IMG/VR virus record: IMGVR_UViG_3300028561_000525
Source of the DNA: a virus
Lineage: Duplodnaviria; Heunggongvirae; Uroviricota; Caudoviricetes
Reading direction: 5' to 3' (one strand)
DNA: 64,000 nt
The position numbers and the translations under genes are program-made. Shown one piece after another: positions 53,124 to 61,988 of the stretch. Each line of letters begins with the position of its first letter. Positions within the stretch are counted from its first letter, which is position 1. Below the pieces are notes generated by a model, which saw only the letters and a program-made list of their open reading frames with translations, ran no database searches and had not been told where the DNA came from.

Positions 53124-53801
53124 ATGAAACTACAACAATACATAAGAGAAGTCAGCGCTGGGGAAAAATACTCGAAAGAAATGGCCAAAAAGTACAGGGG
53201 TGTTCCTATGGAAGAAATACCCATTGAGGATTTATGGATTGCTATGCAAAGAGGAAATTTGAAATTGGCTGACAATATCAAAACTTTCAACCTTCCCGCC
53301 GGTGGTTCCTGCCCGAATATGGCAGAATGTTATAAAAAATGTTATGCTAAAAAGGCGCAGAGGCGCCCAACGGTTCGTATATCCAGAGAGAGAAACTTCA
53401 GGCTTGCTAAAGAGAATACCGGGCTGCTGAAGAAGAGAATACTTCAACATCTTGAAAGGGGAGATGTTGTCAGGATCCACGAAAGCGGTGACTTTTTCAG
53501 TCAGGAATATCTGGATATGTGGTGTGAAATTGCGAAAGAAAGACCGGATGTAATGTTTTATACATACTCCAAAACAGAACATCTTTGGGATTGGTCTGAA
53601 ATAAAAAGACTTCCAAATTTCAATCTTGTAAGTTCGATTATCGCCGGCAAAGTTAATTTTGGGCCGGAAAAAGAAATAAAAATCAGGGCACAGGAGCTCG
53701 GTGTTCCAATTTGCCCCTGTAGGCCCGGAAATAAAGTGAGATGTGGTATAGATTGTACGCTGTGCTGGACACAACCACAAGTATTATTTGTAGAACATTA
53801 G
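53124..53801 (+). CDS. hypothetical Cys-cluster protein (225 aa)
   Basis: GGSCPNMAECYKKCY and a C-terminal CPCRPGNKVRCGIDCTLC. Confidence 0.5.
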   Translation: MKLQQYIREVSAGEKYSKEMAKKYRGVPMEEIPIEDLWIAMQRGNLKLADNIKTFNLPAGGSCPNMAECYKKCYAKKAQRRPTVRISRERNFRLAKENTGLLKKRILQHLERGDVVRIHESGDFFSQEYLDMWCEIAKERPDVMFYTYSKTEHLWDWSEIKRLPNFNLVSSIIAGKVNFGPEKEIKIRAQELGVPICPCRPGNKVRCGIDCTLCWTQPQVLFVEH

Positions 53802-53811
53802 GAGGTGTATA

Positions 53812-54078
53812 ATGGCTAATTTAGAAAAAATCGAGATGCTCTTGGAAAAAATATTAGGAAAACTTGAAAAATCCGAGAAGAAAAAAGAAGAGGAAGAAAA
53901 CGGCGAGGGGTTTGCTTATTATGATGCTCCTGGCCTTGGCCTTGGCCCTTGTGGAAGAGGGTTACGCAGAGGCCTCGGTCTTGGGCCCGGAAGGTTTAGA
54001 ACTTCTGGTAGAGGCCTTGGTCGTGGTGGCCGAGGGCGCCTCAGAATGAGAAGATTTTTTCAGAGCGACGCAGAATAA
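53812..54078 (+). CDS. small protein with an RGG/GLG-rich basic C-terminal half (88 aa)
   Basis: ...PGLGLGPCGRGLRRGLGLGPGRFRTSGRGLGRGGRGRLRMRRFF. Confidence 0.4.
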   Translation: MANLEKIEMLLEKILGKLEKSEKKKEEEENGEGFAYYDAPGLGLGPCGRGLRRGLGLGPGRFRTSGRGLGRGGRGRLRMRRFFQSDAE

Positions 54079-54094
54079 TAGTGAGAGATATTTA

Positions 54095-54565
54095 ATGAAG
54101 TGGTATCAAATTCGAATTCGTGTTGTATTATTGAGTGTGATCATAGGCTATTTTTTGACTAATCCTCTTACACTTCTATTTGATTACGACAAAGAGATGA
54201 CATTAAACTTTGACCCGCCCTGTGTCATTGTCTATAAGGAAAACATACCAAAGGATATCCTTTCCTATTCAAAGGGAATGCTGGTTTATATCAGGCCCGC
54301 TGATAGATACGATGTTCCAAGTCTCAAGCACGAATTTGTCCATATCAGACAATTTTGGTCTACTCTTGGATTGATGCCAATCCTATATCTTAATTCTGAT
54401 AGGTTCCGTCTATTATTTGAGCTTGAAGCATTCAGGGAACAATTAAAATATGAACCTAACAGGGAGGCGGCGAGAAGAGAGGCGGCCTTTTTGCTTGCTT
54501 ACAAATATAAACTTGAAAAATTAATTGATTATCAGGTTGCTTATTGCTTACTTGGAGATAAATAA
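54095..54565 (+). CDS. membrane-anchored hypothetical protein (156 aa)
   Basis: N-terminal TM helix. Confidence 0.45.
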   Translation: MKWYQIRIRVVLLSVIIGYFLTNPLTLLFDYDKEMTLNFDPPCVIVYKENIPKDILSYSKGMLVYIRPADRYDVPSLKHEFVHIRQFWSTLGLMPILYLNSDRFRLLFELEAFREQLKYEPNREAARREAAFLLAYKYKLEKLIDYQVAYCLLGDK

Positions 54566-54569
54566 TTAT

Positions 54570-54839
54570 ATGCCGATATATGATTTTGAGTGTAAAAAAT
54601 GTAATAAACGGGTGGAGATCTACGAGAGTGTAGCCAAATCCGAAGAGGAGCACAAATGTAATTGTGGTGGTATTATGATAAAAGTAATGCCAACCAAAAT
54701 GACATTTGAATTATTGTACGATCCCAAAAAAGACCTTGTATCGTGGGGTAATGAGGGATATGCTAGAACACAAAGGTACAGGGAATATGACAAACAGGCC
54801 AAGAGAAATATATTCCCTGTTTCGGGGAGTAAAAAATGA
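54570..54839 (+). CDS. FmdB-family zinc-ribbon protein
   Basis: MPIYDFECKKCNKRVEI...HKCNCGG, the FmdB CxxC...CxCG signature. Confidence 0.5.
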   Translation: MPIYDFECKKCNKRVEIYESVAKSEEEHKCNCGGIMIKVMPTKMTFELLYDPKKDLVSWGNEGYARTQRYREYDKQAKRNIFPVSGSKK

Positions 54840-55927
54840 ACCTTGTTGTGATTTTACCGACCAGACAAAATAAATCACTTATAGAAAAGATACAGAAGAA
54901 ACTTGGTGAAAAAGATAGACTTGTTGCCGTTGATTTTCCAAAGCTTTTCACAAGAAAATTGGATGAAATTATCTGGAAAGACATTAATACTCCTGATTGC
55001 TGTATTCTTTTTATCAGCCCAAGTGTATCGGATATAACGGATGATTTTATAGAGGTTTTTAAATCCTTCGCCGGTGAAACAGAAAATATTCTGATACGCT
55101 CCCCCCTTGAAGAATTCGATGATTTTTATTTTACAAGTGACATTAATTTATTGAGGCCTACGGACTGTTTTCTTATTCAGAAAAGTTTATATAAGAGGCA
55201 ATTTGGCGATATATCCCCACACTCAGATTATATGGCTATCTTGAAAGAAATGGTCAGAAGTATTGGTCGTGGAAGTTTTTACACTCCCCTGAGAGATCAA
55301 AAAAAGTTAGTGGAGCTTTTCAAATTGGAAGAGGAAGATAGAAGAAGAGATGAGGAAAAGAAAAAAGATGCTCTTATGCAAAAATTGACAACGATAAAAG
55401 AGCGAAGAAAACAGAGAGAACAGGAAAGGAATAACAGGATACTTGATTTGGAGAAACTCCGAGAGGAAATTTCGAGGCTTGAAGAGGAATTATCCAGACA
55501 GGAAGAAGAATTATCCAGACAGGAAGCGGAGTTCCTGAATTCTGAAAACATATACATCACCGAGATTCAGAAAAAAGAAAATGAATTGAAAAGTGTCCGG
55601 CTCAGAATTGCCGATAAAGAAATCTTTCTGAAGAGGATTCAAGATACAGAAAGCAGCAAGGCATATATAGAAAAAATTTCCAACGAAATAGAAGAATATA
55701 AGAAAAGGGAGCAGGAGCTCATAAATACCCCTGTCTCACCACCTGAAAATATAAAAGATAATCTCAGAAAAATCTCCCTCAAAAAAAGGATTTCTCACCA
55801 GAAAGAAAAGAAGAGGGTTAGAAAGCAATGGATGGAAGAGGACAAGGATACAAGGCGGCTGGTCTTGTCGAAAGAGCCATCCACCACAGAAAAAATAACG
55901 AAGATCAAAAAGATTGATTGGGATTGA
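54836..55927 (+). CDS. coiled-coil protein (363 aa)
   Basis: Long K/E/R-rich heptad region with a duplicated EELSRQE 21-nt repeat. Confidence 0.5.
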   Translation: MNLVVILPTRQNKSLIEKIQKKLGEKDRLVAVDFPKLFTRKLDEIIWKDINTPDCCILFISPSVSDITDDFIEVFKSFAGETENILIRSPLEEFDDFYFTSDINLLRPTDCFLIQKSLYKRQFGDISPHSDYMAILKEMVRSIGRGSFYTPLRDQKKLVELFKLEEEDRRRDEEKKKDALMQKLTTIKERRKQREQERNNRILDLEKLREEISRLEEELSRQEEELSRQEAEFLNSENIYITEIQKKENELKSVRLRIADKEIFLKRIQDTESSKAYIEKISNEIEEYKKREQELINTPVSPPENIKDNLRKISLKKRISHQKEKKRVRKQWMEEDKDTRRLVLSKEPSTTEKITKIKKIDWD

Positions 55928-55928
55928 T

Positions 55929-56660
55929 ATGAGATTTGTGATTATCAGCTGTGGTTACAATGCGGAGAAATATGTTTCTGGCCATATGAAAAGTATCCAG
56001 AGCCAGCTCTATAAGAACTATGTTCATATTATTGTGGATGATGCTTCCACAGACGGAACATATAATGAAATAGAGAAATATAAAGATTCAAGAACCGTAG
56101 TTTACAGAAACAAGGAAAACCAAAAATGGATTAGGAACGCCCTCCAATATCTCCCCGAAAATATAAAGTCTGAAGAAGATGTAATTGTTATTGTTGATTT
56201 GGATGATTCTCTTGCCCATAATACCGTACTCAATAAAGTAGAAAAGGCTTATCGTAAACATAATTGTTGGATGGCCTACAGTTTATTCAGATATTCCAAT
56301 GGTACAACTTCTGCATGGATTCCTAAGTATACAAGAGAGGTATTTGAAAAGAAACTGTTCAGGAAATATATCTGGTCTTTTGGTCATATGAGAACATTCA
56401 AGGCCTTTCTCTGGTTCAATCTCAAAGATGAGGATTTGAAAGACAGGGAAGGAAATTATTTAAAATATGCGTATGACCAAGTGATTTTGATGCCTATGTT
56501 GGAAATGTCCTCACCCGATAAAATTCACTTTATTGACGAAGTGTTGTATAATTATAATGACGATAATATGTTACAAGTGGAAAAGATAAACAAAGAGATT
56601 CAGAGAAATACATCGAGATATATCAGGAGCAAACCGCCCTATGAATCCCTTATACGATAA
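55929..56660 (+). CDS. family 2 glycosyltransferase
   Basis: IIVDDASTDGTYNEI and VIVIVDLDD (DXD). Internal ATG of track ORF 55914. Confidence 0.65.
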   Translation: MRFVIISCGYNAEKYVSGHMKSIQSQLYKNYVHIIVDDASTDGTYNEIEKYKDSRTVVYRNKENQKWIRNALQYLPENIKSEEDVIVIVDLDDSLAHNTVLNKVEKAYRKHNCWMAYSLFRYSNGTTSAWIPKYTREVFEKKLFRKYIWSFGHMRTFKAFLWFNLKDEDLKDREGNYLKYAYDQVILMPMLEMSSPDKIHFIDEVLYNYNDDNMLQVEKINKEIQRNTSRYIRSKPPYESLIR

Positions 56661-57117
56661 GGTCATAAAAGGTCGTGAATGGAAAACAAAAAGAGGGAAA
56701 TATACATACGATGAGGTGAAAAACATAATAGAAACAGAGGGTTATACTCTTTGTGACGATTGTTACACCAATAGTCGCACGAAATTGACTGTAATATGTC
56801 CGAAAGGACATAAAAGGGAAATGAGATTTGACAATTGGCTCGCCGGACACAGATGTGCAACTTGTGGAAATCACAGGGAAATCTCCTCGAAATGGTCAAT
56901 TGCAAGGAAAGATATGGAAAAAAGGGGGTATAAGGTTCTAGCGGAACCGGAGAAAAGCACCGCAAAAGCAAAGCTAATGTGTCCTAATGGTCATATTTTC
57001 GAGGTTTCGATGTACAATTGGCTCCGTGGCAGCCGTTGCCCGCGATGCCCACGGTCACATCGCTATTATAATGAAAGGGGGTTTTTAAATCTCTCCAAAA
57101 ACTATAGAAAAAGATAA
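56641..57117 (+). CDS. tandem treble-clef zinc-ribbon protein (158 aa)
   Basis: Internal duplication GH...NWL.G.RC..C occurs twice. Confidence 0.45.
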   Translation: MNPLYDKVIKGREWKTKRGKYTYDEVKNIIETEGYTLCDDCYTNSRTKLTVICPKGHKREMRFDNWLAGHRCATCGNHREISSKWSIARKDMEKRGYKVLAEPEKSTAKAKLMCPNGHIFEVSMYNWLRGSRCPRCPRSHRYYNERGFLNLSKNYRKR

Positions 57118-57124
57118 ATAGTAT

Positions 57125-57445
57125 ATGAAAACAAAAGTTGTTCATTATAAGAAAGAGAAATATGATGTGAAAATTATGAGGCCCTCAAAATGGGGCAACC
57201 CGTTCATAATCGGTAAAGACGGCAACCGGGCTGAGTGCATAAGAAAATACAAAGTATGGATTATGTCTCAGCCTTCTTTATTGGAAGATTTACGAGAGCT
57301 GGAAGGAAAGGTTTTGGGTTGTTGTTGTAAGCCCAAATCCTGTCACGGCGATGTTTTAGTAGAACTTTTGGAAAAGAGGACTGACAATGAAATATTTGAG
57401 ATATTTGAAATATCTTCTGAAACACAAATTCTTCGTAATGATTGA
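57125..57445 (+). CDS. DUF4326-family protein
   Basis: SKWGNPF...LGCCCKPKSCHGDVL, recalled as the DUF4326 signature. Confidence 0.5.
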   Translation: MKTKVVHYKKEKYDVKIMRPSKWGNPFIIGKDGNRAECIRKYKVWIMSQPSLLEDLRELEGKVLGCCCKPKSCHGDVLVELLEKRTDNEIFEIFEISSETQILRND

Positions 57446-57881
57446 ATGTTTCAAAGAGGGAATGATAATAGAAGGAATAATGCATGATTTCTCTAAATTT
57501 TCCCCTCTTGAATTTCAAGCATACGCGAACCATTTTTGCGGTGAGAACAGAAATGTATATAAATATGTTTCCCGTAATGGGTATTCGAAGGACGATGATC
57601 CGATAAAGGATGTGGAATTTGATAAAGCGTGGGTTCATCATATACACCACAATCCGCACCATTGGCAACATTGGGTAATACCGGAGAACGGTTCAAAGGA
57701 AGTTATACTGGAAATGCCAAGAAAATATATGGTAGAAATGGTCTGTGATTGGGTTGCGGCCGGGAAAGCACAGGGAAGATATAGACACCAACTAAAAGAT
57801 TGGTATGATGAACACAAAGAAGATATTATTCTTGCGCCATATACAAGAAAGTGGGTAGAAAATAAAATTAAAAACTTTTAG
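57438..57881 (+). CDS. His-rich hypothetical protein (147 aa)
   Basis: ATGATTGA overlap. HHIHHNPHHWQHW cluster. Confidence 0.45.
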   Translation: MIECFKEGMIIEGIMHDFSKFSPLEFQAYANHFCGENRNVYKYVSRNGYSKDDDPIKDVEFDKAWVHHIHHNPHHWQHWVIPENGSKEVILEMPRKYMVEMVCDWVAAGKAQGRYRHQLKDWYDEHKEDIILAPYTRKWVENKIKNF

Positions 57882-58690
57882 ACAAATTGCTGGATGGTAT
57901 TGAAGATATCTTTTGGTGTGATTTCATCTGTAGTGGGGAGAAGAAAACATTTCTCATTTCCGAGATTATAAATTCCCGATTTCGAAAATCTCCCGATGCT
58001 TTCTCCCCACGAAAATACCGGAACTTTTTGCTGATTACATAACAATGTCCAATGCCCGGCCGGGCAAATTACTATTCGGGCCTCCATTATATATTTTAGA
58101 ATATACTTATACCCATTTTCAAAATAATCAACTCTTCTTGTAACTACATTTTCACTTTCCAGATATGTCTTTAAATCACCAATTACCCCAATGTCATATT
58201 TTTTCTTCAGATAGCCGTATATGCCCGCCAGTCTTTCTTCATCTTCTTTGGCATCTGGAATATAAAGTATTGGGTATGTACGCTTAATTTTAATATTCGG
58301 TGTTTCTATTTTCGAAAAAAATTTATTGTAGAAGGGATAATCTGAATTTTTGGTATATGGTAGATTGACGATGGCGATATCTCTCTTATTTGAATTTGCC
58401 ATCCTAATAACATCTTCCTTGAATATTTTGGTTATCAGAGAGTAGTCCTTTGGTGGTAAATTTTTGTGTAATGTTCCCTCCTGAGATAGTTCATTTCTCG
58501 TCAGATGCTGGTATATGGGTAAAATTTTTCGGCTGTCTATCCATTGATAAAGAAATGATCGATTGAAATGAGTTGAAAGGTAGACATCTTTGGGATTAAA
58601 AGATTTATATACCCATTGAACAAATGGACGAAAGTTGAGAATTTCCTGTTCCCAATCTCCTATAAAGGGGCCACACGCTAAAACTACCAT
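57878..58690 (-). CDS. glycosyltransferase-like protein (GT-B-like, 270 aa)
   Basis: ACGPFIGDWEQEI...ICPAGHWTLLCNQQKVPV. Weak inference only. Confidence 0.4.
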   Translation of the reverse strand: MVVLACGPFIGDWEQEILNFRPFVQWVYKSFNPKDVYLSTHFNRSFLYQWIDSRKILPIYQHLTRNELSQEGTLHKNLPPKDYSLITKIFKEDVIRMANSNKRDIAIVNLPYTKNSDYPFYNKFFSKIETPNIKIKRTYPILYIPDAKEDEERLAGIYGYLKKKYDIGVIGDLKTYLESENVVTRRVDYFENGYKYILKYIMEARIVICPAGHWTLLCNQQKVPVFSWGESIGRFSKSGIYNLGNEKCFLLPTTDEITPKDIFNTIQQFV

Positions 58691-59145
58691 CAGATTACAA
58701 TAACATTACCTTCCCACGGCTCAAGTTTTGATTTACATTTTTCGAAATCACCTTTTGAGAGTTTGATAACCTCAATATTTCTCAAAATGTCCTGTAACAT
58801 CACATCAAATACAAAAGATTTTTCCTGTTCCGTGAGTGCTGTAGTATCCAGAAGAACTTTGTTGTTCTTTCTAAAGAAGGATATAAGGCCCAGACCCACA
58901 GTATTCTGTACATAATATTTTTTGGCTGTTTCCTTGAGAAGGGCATTATATATTCTAATATTGTCTGATATGACAAATCTGTTTGTCTTTGAATATAGCG
59001 TCAATACTGCTTCTATCTTTTCTCTTGTGGGGTCTTGGAAAGAGAGTTCAATCAAGTGGACGCGAGGAATTTTCAACATATTTTCATCCCGCAGATTTTC
59101 CTCATTGATAGTAATGTAATCCGTTCCCACAGCTGTTAGTTTCAT
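58690..59145 (-). CDS. hypothetical protein (151 aa)
   Basis: Overlapping stop/start with neighbouring genes. Confidence 0.45.
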   Translation of the reverse strand: MKLTAVGTDYITINEENLRDENMLKIPRVHLIELSFQDPTREKIEAVLTLYSKTNRFVISDNIRIYNALLKETAKKYYVQNTVGLGLISFFRKNNKVLLDTTALTEQEKSFVFDVMLQDILRNIEVIKLSKGDFEKCKSKLEPWEGNVIVI

Positions 59146-59163
59146 ATTGTTATCCTCCGAAAA

Positions 59164-60393
59164 TTAAAACTTCCCAAGTGTATTTATATAATTAGACCCC
59201 TCTGCATAAAATAAATGTCTGTTTCCCCCGTGTTTATGTGATGTTCTGATAAGTTTTATGTTCTTGAAACCTGAGGCAAGCAGGTATTTTCCAATATCAT
59301 CCGATGTTTTAAACTCGCTTATATTGAACATTGCGTTTCCATCAATTCCTGATGTCTGAAAGAACATATTCTTGGTTTTCTCTGATAGTTTCCTCATCAA
59401 ATGTTGTGTCCTGATTGGGCCGATTTGCTTGTAAATCCACATATGAGTGTTCAAAAAAATCGTGATATCAAAATTTTCATTCGGTATTGTGTTCTCATCG
59501 AGATAATAATTCAGGAAAGATATATTTCGTATATCTTTCAATAGTCTTATCGCCTCTGTTACCCTATATGTGAAAATATCACCCTCGATACCGATGATTG
59601 ACTTCGCAATTTCAGCCAATTTGAATGCAAAATATCCTTGAGACGAACCAATATCAAGAATATTACTTCCTTTCAGGTCAATAATGCTTGAATTGAACAC
59701 TATTTCCTTATATTCATCTATCGCGGTTGTTTTGTGAACGGGTATTTCGGAAAATTCTTCGAAGGGGCTTGGATGATAAAACCATCCCCTGTTTACGCTA
59801 CTCCCATCCTTATATCCTTCTGACGCAATATCCCCAATCATCTTTTGGATTGCCAATGTCATCATCTTGTTTATACTCTTATCATCCTCTATATAATAAC
59901 TTGGGCCTTCGATGCCACGGGGTTTATCCAAGGCCGTATTCAATTGGGGGGGCGGAACAATGCCAGAAGGCTCTCGAAGTTCTTCAGCCCAGTTGAAATC
60001 TATTAATTTGAACTTTTGGGTTTCTTTTTTGTAGAGGATATTGGTCGGATTGATGTCTCTGTGAATTATTTTAAATCTTTTGAGTTCGGAGCGCAGGTCG
60101 TATAACCATTTTACCAGTTCAAATAAATCAATATCTTTATTTTCTGTAAATGGTATTTCTCTGTTCTCAGGTTCCAGAGGCTCCCCACAATTTTCCAATG
60201 TTATAGTTTCACCGTCATAATCCAGCACGCTTACAAACAATGGGGATGTATATTTTGTCAGGAAATAGTATTCTCCTTTCCTCTTGTGGCTTTTATTCCA
60301 ATCCTTCCACTTCTGGTTGTAAAACTTTTTTACATATTCTGGATGTATTTCTACCCTGTAGCTTTCACTTCTCCCCGTTTTTATCTGGCTCAT
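59164..60393 (-). CDS. bifunctional protein-kinase-like domain plus class I SAM-dependent methyltransferase
   Basis: HRDINPTNILYKK...LIDFNWA is an ePK-like catalytic loop plus DFG-like motif. C-terminal ILDIGSSQGYFAFKLA is MTase motif I. 409 aa. Confidence 0.6.
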   Translation of the reverse strand: MSQIKTGRSESYRVEIHPEYVKKFYNQKWKDWNKSHKRKGEYYFLTKYTSPLFVSVLDYDGETITLENCGEPLEPENREIPFTENKDIDLFELVKWLYDLRSELKRFKIIHRDINPTNILYKKETQKFKLIDFNWAEELREPSGIVPPPQLNTALDKPRGIEGPSYYIEDDKSINKMMTLAIQKMIGDIASEGYKDGSSVNRGWFYHPSPFEEFSEIPVHKTTAIDEYKEIVFNSSIIDLKGSNILDIGSSQGYFAFKLAEIAKSIIGIEGDIFTYRVTEAIRLLKDIRNISFLNYYLDENTIPNENFDITIFLNTHMWIYKQIGPIRTQHLMRKLSEKTKNMFFQTSGIDGNAMFNISEFKTSDDIGKYLLASGFKNIKLIRTSHKHGGNRHLFYAEGSNYINTLGKF

Positions 60394-61415
60394 TTCAACC
60401 CCAGTTTTACTTTACAAGCAAACTTATCATAACTATTATCCACAACAAACTGATATATATTTTTTATATTTGTCTTGGACACAAGCTGGTTCAAATCTTT
60501 TATATGGGAATATTTCTTTGGCATTATGAAAAATTTGAGGGGATTTGAATAATCCTGATTGAGTAATCCCTCGCCTTTCTTCTTTCCCATAAGTTTTTCA
60601 TATCCCGTTTCATCATTATCCAGAACAACAATGATGCCCTTATCTGTCATAGAGCCAACTTTCTTTACGAAGTATTCGTCAATGTCTGCGCCAAGAACCG
60701 ATGTTCCCTGATCCCCAATCATCATAGCATCTAGCAGACCTTCCGTGACGATAACATATTTGTCTCTCTGGAACTTTTCCTCATTCATAATGATACCACT
60801 CTTTTCCACTATCGGGTTGAGATATTTTGGCTCTATATTGACAAGGGCCCGGCCTTGGAAATAAACAATATGTCCGTCCTTGTAAATCGGTATAATTGCT
60901 CTCCCCTTATATCTTCCACTTGTTGCCACAAATATCTTGAAATTTTTCGGTATCTTTCTTTCCTCTATGAATTTCTTGAGAAGTTTTTGGTATTGGGGTT
61001 CAATTGTTCCTCTCGCCTCTGTATCAATACCTATACATTCATCCAGAATATTATCCATACTCCTGATATGGTATTCTTTCTTACCATTACCATTACCGTT
61101 TGGTTTTTCTGTCAGGGCTTTCTTTATTTGTTCGGGGTCATATTTGTATATCTCTTTCTTGGCTTCCGCGATGGACATACCCATAATAATAGAATACAAC
61201 TTGACGAATGATCCCTTTGCCCCACAATTGAAACAATGGTAGCCGGGCTCTCCATTATGATAGTCAAGATGAAATCTCTTTTTACTCGGGCTTATTTTTG
61301 AATCCCCGCAGAGCACGCATCTCGCGTGGAAATGGGTTCCGTTCTTGGATGTGGTTACTTTGGGGAAATGCTGAAATACAAATTCTCTCACAAATTGTAG
61401 TGATAACATATTCAA
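60390..61415 (-). CDS. DNA primase (zinc-binding domain plus TOPRIM, DnaG/T7-gp4-like)
   Basis: CVLCGDSK...HCFNCGAKG zinc ribbon. TOPRIM IVTEGLLDAMMIG...VVLDNDETG. Confidence 0.7.
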   Translation of the reverse strand: MNMLSLQFVREFVFQHFPKVTTSKNGTHFHARCVLCGDSKISPSKKRFHLDYHNGEPGYHCFNCGAKGSFVKLYSIIMGMSIAEAKKEIYKYDPEQIKKALTEKPNGNGNGKKEYHIRSMDNILDECIGIDTEARGTIEPQYQKLLKKFIEERKIPKNFKIFVATSGRYKGRAIIPIYKDGHIVYFQGRALVNIEPKYLNPIVEKSGIIMNEEKFQRDKYVIVTEGLLDAMMIGDQGTSVLGADIDEYFVKKVGSMTDKGIIVVLDNDETGYEKLMGKKKGEGLLNQDYSNPLKFFIMPKKYSHIKDLNQLVSKTNIKNIYQFVVDNSYDKFACKVKLGLK

Positions 61416-61581
61416 TCCATACTTTCAAAATCTTCACATTCAAATTTGATGGGTGTATACAGTAAAATCTTTTTCACATTCGTTTCTTTGAAGTGGCCAT
61501 TTTTACAATATACTGTACTCTTCTTGATTTTACAGTAAAAACAGTTTATACACGCTGGATAAATGTTTTGTTCTGTTTCGT

Positions 61582-61941
61582 TCATTCTTCAATCAATGCG
61601 TTTGGCATTCTTTTCATTGCATCGCTCCAGATGAGATATCTTATATCTTTCGGGAGCAAATGGATGAGGCTTCTCATTTCCTTTATTGAATGATCTTGGT
61701 TCAACATTTTTGCCATTATAAGGGCGATTTGAAAAGGTGTCCAAGTTTCATCAAGTTTTTGAACCCCAAAATAAAATTTTTTGAGGGCTCTTTTGAGTGT
61801 TTGAGAAGCGGCTTGCCGTGTTATTCCCATTTGTCTTGCAATCTCTGAAATTTTCTCGTCGTGATAAGGTAAAACGGGTTTAAAATCTTCTTTTACCGTT
61901 TTCCGTGTCAGGTTCCGCTTCATATATTTAGCTCCACACAA
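61582..61941 (-). CDS. small HTH DNA-binding protein, sigma-70 region-4-like (paralog of 36982-37269)
   Basis: See the paralog alignment under 36982. Confidence 0.5.
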   Translation of the reverse strand: MCGAKYMKRNLTRKTVKEDFKPVLPYHDEKISEIARQMGITRQAASQTLKRALKKFYFGVQKLDETWTPFQIALIMAKMLNQDHSIKEMRSLIHLLPKDIRYLIWSDAMKRMPNALIEE

Positions 61942-61988
61942 GTTATTTTACCTATTATTATAGCCTATTTATAAGATTTGTAAACAGT

